From NCBI GenBank assembly GCA_043228905.1, contig JBHGNT010000130.1, positions 7,260 through 71,259 on the forward strand: a DNA stretch of 64,000 bases, read 5' to 3'. The translations under genes were made by a program, and so were the position numbers. The DNA comes from Azolla caroliniana (taxonomy: Eukaryota; Plantae; Polypodiophyta). Below are positions 50,987 through 64,000 of the stretch, piece after piece; the first letter of the stretch is position 1, and each line of letters opens with the position of its first letter. Under the pieces are notes generated by a model, which had not been told where the DNA came from, did not search any database, and saw only the letters and a list, made by a program, of their open reading frames with translations.

Positions 50987-53580
50987 GTCTCTCTCTCTCC
51001 CTCTGATGAGTCTTACACATTCCCTTCCGCTTAGTACTAATCCTCAGTACTTTCCTTCCCTAGTGCTAATTCTCTCTCTATTTTTAGTAGTACATTCCTA
51101 ACCGTTTGAACCGAATTGAGTCATCCTCTTATCCCTCCTTCCCTTCATACTAATCCTCTTATCCTCCCTAGTAAATGGCAATTGTTAGCACTCAAGAATA
51201 CCAATATGTTTTCTCGGAGTTCCAATGCTTAAAAGAGAAGTTTGTAGCACTAGAACAAGAAAATCATCGTCTGTTGGGGGATCTTCAACAAATAGCTCTA
51301 AAAGAACAACAACACGGGGAGCTAACGTTATGTTTGCAACAACTTCAAGCGACTATTGTATCATGACAACAAGGATCAAGTGCTCAAGGTGACAGGAATT
51401 CTACGTCCCGTATGCGCAACGCTCGGCCACAACCAAGCTTAGAATCATACACACAGAAAAACGGTAAAGGAATGCACGACACGAAGAAGAGAAGAGTACA
51501 CATGATGTTTACGTGAAAATCCCAAACTAAGGGGAAAAACAACGGCAGCCCACAGGCTGCAAACTATCACTATGTTAGAATGTACAACAGTGAGTTCACG
51601 GAGGCAACGACCTCGTGCTCACGATCTTCGCCACAGGCGGCGGTTACAACAAAGGCAACGACCTCTTTCTCTCTCTCTCTCTCTCTGTACACTATTACGC
51701 GCTCTCTCTCTCCTTGCACCAACAAGAATGACAACAACCCTTCACAAAAGTTTGCCCTAAGTCATATTTATACTAATATGAATTTTCGGCTATTTACAAA
51801 TATAGCCTCGATGGACTCTCAGAAACATATTTACGAATATGTCTCTTCATCCGGTGAGCATTCCTCACCGGGTCTGCACCATCCGGCTCTCCGTAGCCGG
51901 GTACTCCTCATTCGGTTCTCACCGGGTCTGCACCATCCGGTTCTACATAGCCGGGTACTCCTCATCCGATTCTCACCGGGTTTGCACCATCTGGCTTTCC
52001 GTAGCCGGGTACTCCTCATCTGGTTTCCACTGGGTCTGCACCATTCGGCTCTCCATAGCCGGGTACTCCTCATCCGGTTTTGGCCTATCGGGCTCGGCCG
52101 AGTTTGCTCATCAGCACTGTTCTTCTCCCTTCCCATCCGGAGGGACCTGTCTCCCAACACAAGGGACTCACAAAGAACCCAAGATTGGTCTTCCTATAAA
52201 ATTTGATGGAACCCAATCACAGTTTAGAGGTTTTCTTAATTATTATCACTAAAAAGATCTCTCTCTCTCTCTCTCTCTCATTTGGTGAAAACACACAATT
52301 ATATTAATAAATGAGTATGGAAACACTACTTACAATTGGTGTGACAATGGAATATAATCACCCACTAAACCCTAAACCAAACAGACTTGATTCAAAAAGC
52401 CTCGAAATAAAGACCTCCTACCATCAATCTTGGTAGGGAGGCTAATCTTTGATTCTTGAGGGGAGTTTGGAGCCCCAATTGCTTGTTCTTGTAATGACAA
52501 TATAGTAGCCTCGAGTTGGTGAACCCATTGTCGTGCCTTTCGACGCCCGATCATTGCGCTCGGACACCGTCATCATGCTGTTAGCCTCTTCTTGATTCTC
52601 CATCTCCTTGCGACCCGTTTTCATGCCGGGTTCACCAAATGTGTCATGCCTTTCGGCGCCGGATCATTGTGTGAGTCGGGTGAGAATCGCTGGGATTTTC
52701 AACTAGGAGGAGGAAGAATTTGAAATGAGTCTAATTATGAATATATTGCAAGAAAGAGAGATAGGGAACTCGTGAATTCCACGAGTATAACATATTAATC
52801 AATATTTAGAAAACGATATGAATTTAGATTGAAAGACAGTAATAGATAGAAAACATCATGAATCCCCACGAATATAATATATTAATCAACCCTTATGAAG
52901 GAAAATCAACCCCCTTACAATTTGCCCCCCATCCCTATATAGTGATGGGAGAGACCAAGTATATAGTAATCCATGCTTTTCTTAACTATAGACCTCATGC
53001 TTTTTTCCTTCTAATAACAATGTTCATGCACGTGAGATACATGCATGAATTGCTTTTTCGATCATTCGTTTTCATTTGATTAAAGTTTTATGCACTCTAC
53101 GTGTAAAAGTAGCTTTTCCTAAAAATTATACATAAAATAATCTTTGTATGTGGGATATCTACTTGTCTAACAGTAATGATGTGTTAGTATAATGGTAAAG
53201 CTATAGCTCATTAACATGGAGGTATAGGGTTTGAATCCTACCGTATGCATGTAACATACATTTTAATATTTTCTTCGGTTTCTTCATATTTATCCAATTA
53301 GTTATTGTATACGTTTTTCAGGTACTGTACAAATTACACTACGACACCATTGTGGTAACTCTTCATATTGTTGAGCTTTTTTAGTACTCACTTTTTATAG
53401 GTCTACAAGTAGCCTTTGATTTTCATGCTCTAATGCCACAAATTTATTCGTGAGCATGTCGAGCTCAGAAAGAACACACATACATTCTTGTTTGCTTAGG
53501 ACTCCATAATTTACGAGGGGAGGAGAAGAAAGAAGAGAACTTGTTGGAAGAGGGAGAAATGAAAAATTGGTTCAAACTGT

Positions 53581-53626
<46 letters not shown>

Positions 53627-55929
53627 GAAAACAAAATATTGTAGTGCACTTGTCATGATATAGCATGGTATGGCATTAAAAGGATTGAAACCCATAAGCT
53701 AGTGTCACATGGGTTGAAGCCCTACCAGTGCTTAAAAGAGAAGTTTGTAGCACTAGAACAAGAAAATCATCGTCTGTTGGGGGATCTCCAACAAATAGCT
53801 CTAGATAAACAACAAGAACATGGGGAGCTAACGTTACGTGTGCAACAACTTAAAGTGACTATTGTATCATGACAACAAGGATCAAGCGCTCAAGGGACTC
53901 ACAAAGAACCCAAGATTGGCTATTGCATTAAGTAATGATTTCTCTGCACCCATATAAGCTGCAAAGACCTGAATCTGATGTGGTTGTAGGAGACAATGTG
54001 ATTGTTGATTGTAGGTGTCATCTCCTGGTCGAATTTCGAATTCCAAATGTCAAAATAGGGCATCGTCTTTACCATGTTGGGCACCGGGACGAAAAACAAT
54101 TTGAAAGTCATAGTCAGCCAACAAGGTCGACCATTGCGCTTGCCTCCGGTTCAAAATGCAAGTAGTGGTGAAGTAGACGAGGTTCTTGTGATCGGTCACC
54201 ACTTGGACACGGTGTTGGGCGCCTGCTAAGTAAGGACGCCATTCTTCAAAGGCTGCAATAATGGTAGAGAGTTCTTTGTCATAAACTAGGTAGTTGATCT
54301 CGGGAGGTGTGAACATCCGAGAAAAAAAGGCAACAGGATGAAGAATCCCATTGTTATCTGATCGAGAGAGAATTGCACCGATGGCGAAGTCAAAGGCATC
54401 AGTTTCGATCGTAAATGGTTTGGTCAGATCTGGGTGTAGAAGTACCGGAGCCGAGGTAAAAGTTTTTTTTAGTGTCTCGAATGCTACTTGGGTTGTGGGA
54501 GTCCAGCAAAAAGGGGAATCCTTCCGAGTGAGTGCTATAAGTGGTTGCGCCAATGTAGAGAATCCTTGAATGAATCGACAATAGAAGTTGGCAAAACCCA
54601 AAAATGATTGCACATCCTTGACACTGGTGGGGACTTCCCACTATTGAACCGTTTCGACTTTCTTCTCATCCATAGGATACCATCAGATGAAATGACATAC
54701 CCGATGAATTCAACTGAGGTTCGATCAAACTCACACTTATCGGGTTTCGCATAAAGTCCATGTTCCCGAAGTTTGGTCAAGATAAGTCGAACATGCTTGG
54801 TGTGCTCTATGTAGTCCTGTGAGAAGATAAGTATGTCGTCGAGATAGATGACCACAAATTGGTCTAGACATTCTCGGAAGATGTCATTCATCATATGCTG
54901 GAAAACGGCAGGAGCATTTGTGAGACCAAATGGCATTACCATGTGTTCAAAATGCCCATACCTGGTTCAAAATGCCGTTTTCCACTCATCTCCAGGCTTG
55001 ACACAAACCAAGTTGTAGGCGCCTCTAAGATCGATTTTGGAGAATATACGCCCAGCCTGAAGTCGGTTTAGGAGTTCAGGGATTAGAGGTAGTGGATAGC
55101 GGTTTCGAACCATGACTCGATTGAGCCCGCGATAGTCGATACATAGGCGCAACGTTCCATCTTCCTTTTCGACAAATAGAATACGAGAGCCAACTGGAGA
55201 TTTCGAGTGGCGAATGACTCCATTTGTGAGATTCTCTTCAATTTATATTTTGAGGGTCTTGAGTTCATGCTCACATAACCCATAGATAGGGCCAAATGGA
55301 GGACAAGTACCATCTTTCAAGTCAACTAGACAATCGTATGGGCGATGTTCGGGTAGATGATCAACATTTTTCTTCTCAAATACATCTGAGAAATCATTCT
55401 ATTTTGATGGAAAAGAGCTAGTACATAGGGTAGTATCTGGAGTGGACATGACCGCCATGTCCTTAGAATTAGAAATGGATGCAATCAACATTGTATAGCT
55501 TACCCGAGCAAGAGTTGGAACGGTTTTCGAGGACAACACGAGACTATCTATCGATGTTGTTTCTATTGGAGCAACTGTTGACATGGTTCTCGTTCAAGAG
55601 GAAATGGGAGTGACCGATAACCTGGTCCTCACCGGAGCAGAAATGGGGTTGCCCCTGAAATATGGGTGGGAGCGACTGTTGACGCGGTTCTCACTGGAGC
55701 AGAAACTGGAATCGGAGCAACCATTGATGTGGTTCTCACTAGAGCCAAAACAGGAGTTGTCCCCAAAACATGAGTGGGAGCAACCGTTGAGACGGTCCTC
55801 ACCGGAGTAGGCGGCGAAACAAACGGTGGATCATTGGCTCGAAGAAGGGTGGACGTAATACCTTATGAGTGAGAATTCAAGGTGAAATTGATGGTGTGAG
55901 AATTCAAGGTGAAATTCATTGGCTCGAAG

Positions 55930-56815
55930 ATGTTTTTAAGGAGTCAATTAGAAGTTAAATGCACTACCTCTTACCAGGTTATGCACTTGGAAACGGGTGT
56001 TCGACCCATAGAACTATTGGCACTCCAAAGAGTATATAAATACATTACAAAAGTCAAGAATATGCCGAATCATCGATTACCACATCTTTCTTGGAATGTT
56101 GGATGTAAGCTACAAAAGAATCATAAAAGTAATATTCTCTCATCTGGTTGGGTTATTGACATAAAGAAATAGTTTAGAAAATGGGGTGTGGATGATCTTT
56201 TAGAGCTTTTAGGCAATGCTATGCAATATGTAATGATTGAGAAAAGGTTGGTGGAATCATTAAGGATGAAGTGGGAGGATGCTAAGAGGAGAAAGCTAGA
56301 ATACTACATTGCAAATCTGAACCCTGAATGTTGGTCTCAATATAAAGCAAGAATGTCTATTGATCGTATCCAACCTTATCTCATTACCAATATGCGTAGC
56401 AATGCTCGTAGAGCCCTTACACTACTTCGCGCTTGATCTCACAAGTTAGGTATTGAAGGTGCATCATGGTATCAAAATGTAACAAATTTGAAGACATGTA
56501 AAGTATGCAATGAAGGCATGGTAGTGGATGAATGTCACTTGCTCTTCACATGCTCGACATATAGTGCAATTAGTTCAAGATATGTTGACATACTAAGAGG
56601 GAGTGATAACTTAAGATCCATACTTACGACACCACCTAGAAGCTTGAGCTCATATGTGTATGCTTTATTAACACATAGAGACTTTGTGCTTCAACATATA
56701 AATACCCCTTCTTAGGAAGGAGACATATATCAAGAACACATGTATATTCTGGTCCCATAGGTCAAAATTGGCCTCTTCATGGACGATAAAAATTCTAATT
56801 CTAATTCTAATTCTC
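55930..56815 (+). mobile_element. 3' part of the RTE/RTEX-like LINE, copy 2
   Basis: Matches 24860-25743 and has the same (TTCTAA)n tail; followed by the copia LTR end and PBS at about 56897. Confidence 0.85.
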
Positions 56816-56842
56816 TTGTCTATGCTCTCTCTCTCTCTCTCT

Positions 56843-56878
<36 letters not shown>

Positions 56879-57830
56879 ATTTTTTAGTTCCTACATGGTA
56901 TCAGAGCGGTGAAGGAGTCCAACCCCACCAAGAATTTTGTCGCGGTGTTAATAATGAGTGTGTGAATTAAAGAAATGTGGTGGAAAATTCCGCCCAGGTA
57001 TTGTCTCGCACTTATCACATGGAAAATTGAATGATAAAAACTATCAACCATGGTGTATGACCATGGAAATTATATTAGAACAATATAACTTGTTAAATAT
57101 CATCGATGGAACGAAGGAGTTCAAAGACGATAATATAATCTATCTATCTATCTCTTTCCATTTCCTAATTCCTACAATAAAGGAGTTGCTAGGTGACTTT
57201 TTCACTTTATTTTCATTTAATAGATTATATCTTATGTCATTGTGGATGTCAACAAATTCTAGCTTTTCTAGTATTTCAAAGGAAAGAATCTTAACTGCCC
57301 TATGTCTAAAGTGACTAATTGGTATTATGGAATACACCAAGAAAGGAGTGGCGCGTATCTCTTTATTTATAACTACATGAATTAATTGTTTCAAGACATA
57401 AGTTATGGTAGGTTTCCTACATTTAAAGGTTATCAATTGATAAAGAATGGAAAACAAGCAAAAGTCTTTGGTGGCAACTAATAGGACAATTCTGGGGAGA
57501 ATCAAATTCCTATTTTCATGAGGTAAAGAATGACGATTTTGTGATAAGGATACGAAGAACATCCTCAAGTATTTCATAAATCCACCGTTGAACGAGCCAA
57601 AGAGAGAAATCATCAATAATTTCTATAGGAACTAAAGGAACCACCGCATGAGGTATTTGAAACCTCGAACATTTTGTAACCCAATAGATGGTAATGAGAC
57701 TTAGTTGATTGGAGCCCTAAAGTACCTAAGGATAGTGGGGACGGTACTGGCTAGTTAATTTCAAGCACAACTTTCACCATGAGAAAAAATGATGTATACA
57801 CAACTATCACCGTGGGCTAAAAAAGGAACT

Positions 57831-60800
57831 AACACCGAGTCATTAGAAATAGGTAATATGCTGCGTTTTAATAATTGTCCGTTAAAAAATGGCACAAAAT
57901 AGTTCGTAAAATAAAAAGGGGTGACGCATGCATAAAGTTTTTTTAAAAACGACGCAAAATATATTGATTTTTAGCATGTCCAAAATTTTAGGGCTTCCAA
58001 AAATTGCCTAAATAATTGACATGCGAAAGTTACAAAAGAATGTACAAATTTTACAAAAGGACTACCACCCATATTTGAACATATTCGAGAATTAGCATCT
58101 TGATGGAAAATACAATATTTAAAAATCATGTATCAGAACTATCACTTCCCAAAGCTATGCCTTCCCCTTTAGACCCATCCGAGGAACTGGGAGATCTTTG
58201 TGAGGTCTCATCCTCATCATCACTAGCAACTACTGTATTGTCTTCATCCAGTTGCAATCTAATGTCACCGTGATTATGAAACATACTCCTTGTTCGTCTG
58301 TGTCTTGCATTGAGAGACACATCTGGGATCTTCTCTTTTATTATCTTGATTGTGGTCTGTCTTAGATGGCCTATTTTGGTTAAGGGGAAGTCATACACTA
58401 GTATGTCTACATTATCAAGTGTCCGAGTAGACGTGTTCGGTAGATTTTTTCTTTTTCACTTTCTACTTGTGCCTTCGACATCCTTAACCATCTCTAAAGA
58501 GTACTTCCCAGTAAATGCATCTGGAGAAGTGGTATGTCTTCATCCAATTGCAATCTAATGTCTCCGTGATTATGAGACATACTCCTTATTCGTCTGTGTG
58601 TTGCATCGAGAGACACATCTGGGATCTTCTCTTTTATTATCTTGATTGTAGTCTGTCTTAGATGGCCTGTTTTGGTCAAGGTGAAGTCATACACTAGTAT
58701 GTCTACATCGGTATATTTTTTTCTTTTCCGCTTTCTACTTGTGCTTTCTACTTGTGCCATCTCTAAAGAGTACTTCCCAATAAATGCATCTGGGGAAGAG
58801 GTATGATACCAATGAACCACATTAGAGATAACTTTATTGCCTTGTTTGTCCTCAATAATTTCAGTGATTTTACAAATCCAAAAGGGATGGCCCAACTCAT
58901 CACCCCTAGCTAATGTTGCAACCAACATACCAACTTGTAGCTCATGCAGATTGGGCTGCCATCTCGCCTTTGCAACACGCGATATTCTTGGTCCCATGTA
59001 AATATCTCTCTATCGTGGATGAACTAGATTATTCAGGTTAAGATTATCTAGTGATTGCACATTATTTGTAATCACCATTGATTGGTCACCAATATTCCAT
59101 TTGAATTGATTTTGGAGTGACCAGTAACCGCCAAAATGGTTAACTAAAATTGTATGTTGATAGTTAAAGAAGTTACCCCACCATTCAACATCCTGATCAC
59201 CAGCATACCTTTTGGTGTGCTCAATATTTTTCTATTTCTCTTCAAGGCACCGCATAGAATGTACCTTTTTCTCTTCAATCGAACTACCAGGAGGCAATAT
59301 TTTATGCTCCTCAAGAGACATTTGTTCTGCACCATGGATTACCGCATCTAGAAAACACAGTAAGAGCCTACATCCCTCTTGGGGCTCCCATTGTGAACTA
59401 GATGAGTATTGTTTGGCATACAACAATGTCTAGTTGTGGTTTATAGAAGTTCCTCTTTTTATGAGATAGACGTGGTTAAAACTTATATTATTAAGCGGGG
59501 CAAGAACCCTACATAGAGTCCCATCACCATCTACGGAGAAGCCTTTGAAAATCATAACTTCATCCAAATGTTGTACCTTTGGGTTTGGGGTATAGGCTCC
59601 AATGATAAACTTTCATATTGTAGGAAGCTAAATGCATCAAAGCTCGCTAATGTCTTCGAGGACATACTAAACATTTGATCTATATGATCATGTGTGTAAC
59701 CAACTAGTAAGAAGTTGACCTTAATCGTTTTGAATATACCCCTATCTAGTAACATGCTTAAATAACCGAACACAATCCAATTTTTGTTTTCTCTTGCCGT
59801 GTTGTCTAGTTGGACGTATAGTATTGGCGGGAGAATACATTGCCAAGACAATAAACCTCTTTGCATGAATGTGACTGTAAGATTAGGGTTTTTGTGGATA
59901 TTAGGATATGTCAGGAACACTTGAGGCCTTATTGTTTGACAATACGACATACAACCTACTCAGTGCATCTGCACTAGGCATTCATCTCTAATATCCTTCG
60001 GCAACCCTCGAAAGTGTGGAAAACAAGTTTTCTTCTGATCCATGTCATCTATAATCAAGAACATGTACCTTTTCGGTGATTGAAACGTTTTTTGTTAGTG
60101 TTGCATAGCTTTATATCTCTCCAACGCTTATCTTTCGGAATGTTCTTTTAATAATTTCTTATAATTCTTTATTTCTTCATCTATTCTCCCACTCTTTGCC
60201 ATGCTTTTTAAACTTGCCCATACAGAACAAACACCCATTGGGACCTTACGCGGTATGACCACATCAACCTCCATAATCGATGAAAATGCGATATTGTATA
60301 TAAGGTACACTTTCTAATAGCATGTCATTCTTATATGCTTGGTAAACCTCACGACAAGTGAAGTTATCTGACAAATGTAATCTTCCAGTTGTGGGCATAA
60401 TATCACATTGCTTTGAGAAATATATCTCCATCCACCTACCGGCATTGCACCCAATTAGACCCTTACATCCATATACTTTATTGTTGAAGGAGTCATTGGA
60501 TGTAGACAATAATCTTGATCGGCTTAGCCCAGTAGAATTGGGGCATGCTTTTCTCCTCAAGCATTTCCCTTGCCACATCGATAATCGACGAGTTCTTCCT
60601 CTTAGCCACAATGTTTTGTTCCGGTGTGTTCCTGCAACTAAATTTTCTCCGAATTCCTTCCTTCTATAGATAACTGATGAATTGGTCGGAAAAGTATTCT
60701 TTTCCACCATCCAACTGCAGGCACTTGATCTTCCTATCTGTTTCCTGTTCGACTAAACTTTGCAAGTTTCGGAAACAATTGAAAACTCCGTTTTCTTCTC

Positions 60801-63800
60801 GATAAGGTAGATCCACATGTGTCGGGTGTAGTCGTCGATGAAGGAGACAAGATATCGGCTCCCACCATGACTAACGTTTGGTGCCAATCCCCATACATCC
60901 GAGTGTATTAGATCGAGCTTGTTACGGCTTTGGTTTCCTTCGGTGGGGAATGGAAGCCGGTGTTGCTTCCCAAGCTAGACACAGATAGAAAGTAGGAGAG
61001 ACAAAGAGAGCAGAATAGCATAAACTATATTAAATACTCTATACATAGGATGTTCTCAGTGAGCACTCTTTATACAAGTCCACAAGGGACTTATAGAAGT
61101 ACTATGTACTTCAATGCTCATACAAGCGGCTCGCAGTCATTACGATGCCATACCTACCTAGTAATCTAGAAACGTAGACCTCTAAATGGACTACCGGTAC
61201 ACACATGGGTCTGGCTCTCTGATCCCGATCTAGCTCCTGGTTCCGGGTACTATCTGGACACCGATCCGGATATGATCCGGATTTGGCTTATCTAGCCGAT
61301 CCGGATCTGATTAAGCTTGCTTGCTCAATACGGGTTTCATCAAAGTCGGTTTTCTCAGATATTTCTAGCACTTTCGGCCAGAAAAATGACTTTCCTCTAG
61401 GTGTCTCTCCCACACGCATTCCCGCTGTTGTCGTATAATTGCTTCTTTCCACCATCTCCTCCTCTAGAACCTTCTTCATGCCGCCTTTTCGGAAGTTCGG
61501 TCGAAGTGACTTCTGAGAGTCCATCAAATGGATCCAATTTCCCTCGTAGTAGATGAGATCCCGTCGTAGAGCCTCCTTGTGCTCATCGTAATGTTGCCAA
61601 TCATGTTTGGTGTTATTGCACCATATGCATTTACGATTCATATATTTGGAACTTGAGGGATGGACTTCCAACTTCTTCACCATTGCGATTTTGAGATTCT
61701 CGATCTGCTTCAGCAACTGCTCCACTGTGGTTGCATCAATTCCCTTCTCAATCGTATTCTCCCGAGCCCATGGTTGATGGTCTTCCAAGCCAGCTCTTCG
61801 TATCGAAATTGGTTCTGAAACCCTCTTTTCTTCATTAGTGAGCCCTTGCCCCCTCTTTGTGTATCGCGTGACGATTTTTCGCACATTTTCACATGTATTG
61901 GTGAGGCCACAGCTGGTAAGAACATGATCACCCAATCTTCGAATCCTCTTCGTGTTGCCTTGGAGGAGTCCTTGATAGTGAACGTAGTCTTTAGTGCTTC
62001 TTCAAACGCCGCCAACATCAGATTTTTTTGTCGTATCCCGTGGATACTCCCTTGAAGCCCATCCATAGCCACCTAATTGAAGGATTTAACTTGCAATCCT
62101 TCCGATATTGCGCACTGTAGCATTTCCACCTTGTAGTACCGCAAATAACATGACACATCCTTCCCGTTGAATTGCCCGTTCCATTGAATGATTTGCTCTA
62201 TTGGCACCGCAATCTCCGAAATCGCACGTTGTTCTTGTAGCATTCATTCGAACATCGTCATCATGTTGTTAGCCTCTTGTTGATTCTCCATCTCCTAACC
62301 GCCCGTCTTCACGTTGGGTTCACCAAATGTGTCATGCCTTTCGGCGCCAGATTATTGCATGAGTTGGGTGTGAACCGGCAAGGTTTTGGACAAGGAGGAG
62401 GAAATGCTTAAGTCTAATTAGAATATGAAAGAGAAAGGTAGGAATCTTGTGAATTTCATGAGTATAGAGAATTAGAATAATTAGTATTAAGAATCCAAGA
62501 AATCAATTCAACCTTTTCAATAAATTGGAAGAGAGATCGAAGAAAATCGTGAGACAACCGCATAAAATTTATTCAATCAATATTTAGAAACCCAAAAATT
62601 GACAACAAGCCCTTACAATGTGCTCCACCATCCTTATATAGTGATGGGAGAGTCTAATTTTACCACATGCAAGCAACATGCCTTTTTCTAACTTAAGTGT
62701 TCATGCACACTACATGTCTATGATTAGATTTTCATATCATGGTTTTTCCTTTAACTCAAGTGGTGGTGCACACTACATGTGCATGTTTAGCTTTTTCTAT
62801 TATACTTTTTCATTTAACTGGAGTGTGTATGCATGGATAACTTTCCCTATCATCCTTATCTAGAATATTTAAGTGGGATAAAGTTTTTTTTATATTTAAT
62901 ACTCATAATGTTAGTACAATGGTAAGGCTTGGATTTGTTAACATGGAGGTATAGGGTTCAAAACTTGCCCTATGCATGTAACATAATTATATTAGTGGTT
63001 TCTCCTTTTTCTTTATACTTAGTTAATCGGGTACTCTGTATATATTCCATGTAGTATATACGAAATATACTACGACAATGTAAACTCCAACGTTTTCATT
63101 TGCCTATCAGTTCGATTCAAAGATTTGGTCATAGGCTACATCCAAATCTGCATCGACGATGTCTGCTGGAGGTGGGTATAGCCGTTGATGAAAGCATGAG
63201 GTCGGAAGGATTGAGGAAATATGACTCGTGATTTGAACTAGCCTTTAGAATAGGGGAGGTTTGGATTTGCAAGACAAAATATTTAGCATGTCGGAGTGGA
63301 AAGAGGTGAAAGGACAACGGTCAAAGAAGGCCAAATTCAATCCATAGGTGGAAATGAAGTCAAAGTCACGTAAAAGTGATTCGATTATAGAGGAGCGCCC
63401 TGATGATATGAAGTTCCTCCCTTGGTGGTCTTTACAAGGCATTAATTACGCAAGGTTATTAATTTCTGTACTTTCACGAGTAGTCGCCAAGGAGTTTAGC
63501 TTGGATGAGATGGTTACTAAATTTTAGAAGTAAGTATTATTCATAGGCATACCCAATGACATCATCATATACTTTACTTATACATCATCATATACTTTAC
63601 TTATACAATATAATAATGCATAGATGGAATGTAACTCAATTGGTAAGGTTACCCAATAAGACCAAGAGGTCAGGGGTTCAACCCCCTACATCCCATCGTG
63701 TCTACTCACGGTTGGCTTATGTGGGTATCGTTGCTGAAAATCGTGAATGCCCTCCGGAGCATTTTGTAAATGTGTAACTGGTTCCCATGTGGCGTCCGAA

Positions 63801-64000
63801 ATGGGGTACCCTTTCCATAAGACCAAATATTGGAGCTGTCGACGACGATATCGACTGTCACAGACGTAGACGAGGGCAAGGACAAGTAGGGGAGCTTAAT
63901 ATTAAGAAAGAGAGAAAGATAGATATATAGATAGAGAGGAGCATAGACAAGAGAACAAGAGAGAGAGAGAGAGGGTAGACAAAAGAACGAGAACTAAATT
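57831..64000. mobile_element. Sola-like transposon, copy 2 (left TIR, transposase relic, nested inserts, partial ParB-like region); continues past the window end
   Basis: AACT|AACACCGAGTCATTAGAAATAGG at 57827-57853; transposase fragments at 58126-60710. Confidence 0.88.

Larger units (their letters stand above)
41390..64000 (+). repeat. Second unit of the tandem segmental duplication (matches 1 to about 33400, with indels)
   Basis: Colinear CYP, L1, LTR relics, LINE end and Sola-like element; offset 41389 at the gene. Confidence 0.97.

Overview
Repeat-rich nuclear DNA from a land plant, probably a non-seed plant such as a fern, lycophyte or moss (inferred from the transposon lineages). The window holds about 1.5 units of a tandem segmental duplication with a 41,389-bp offset at the gene. 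Each unit starts with an intact 3-exon CYP71-clan cytochrome P450 (456-2242 and 41845-43631; identical spliced 535-aa proteins), followed by nested transposons. These include a young full-length Ty3/gypsy element in copy 1 only (4675-11970; tRNA-Trp PBS, 4-bp TSD, -1 frameshift pseudoknot), L1 and RTE-like LINEs, Tcn1-like chromovirus relics, copia relics and solo LTRs. The main finding is an 11.7-kb TIR DNA transposon (26737-38454; 30-bp TIRs, AACT TSD, Sola-like DDD transposase) that carries a second, divergently oriented, intron-containing and decayed gene for a ParB-like domain plus a prokaryote-type beta-class amino (N6A/N4C) DNA methyltransferase. Other findings: antisense tRNA-like A/B-box cassettes in the U3 of several different LTR families, a near-full-length LTR shared by a copia and a gypsy element, and telomere repeats and templated fillers at rearrangement junctions. 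All alignments and translations outside the ORF track were done by eye.
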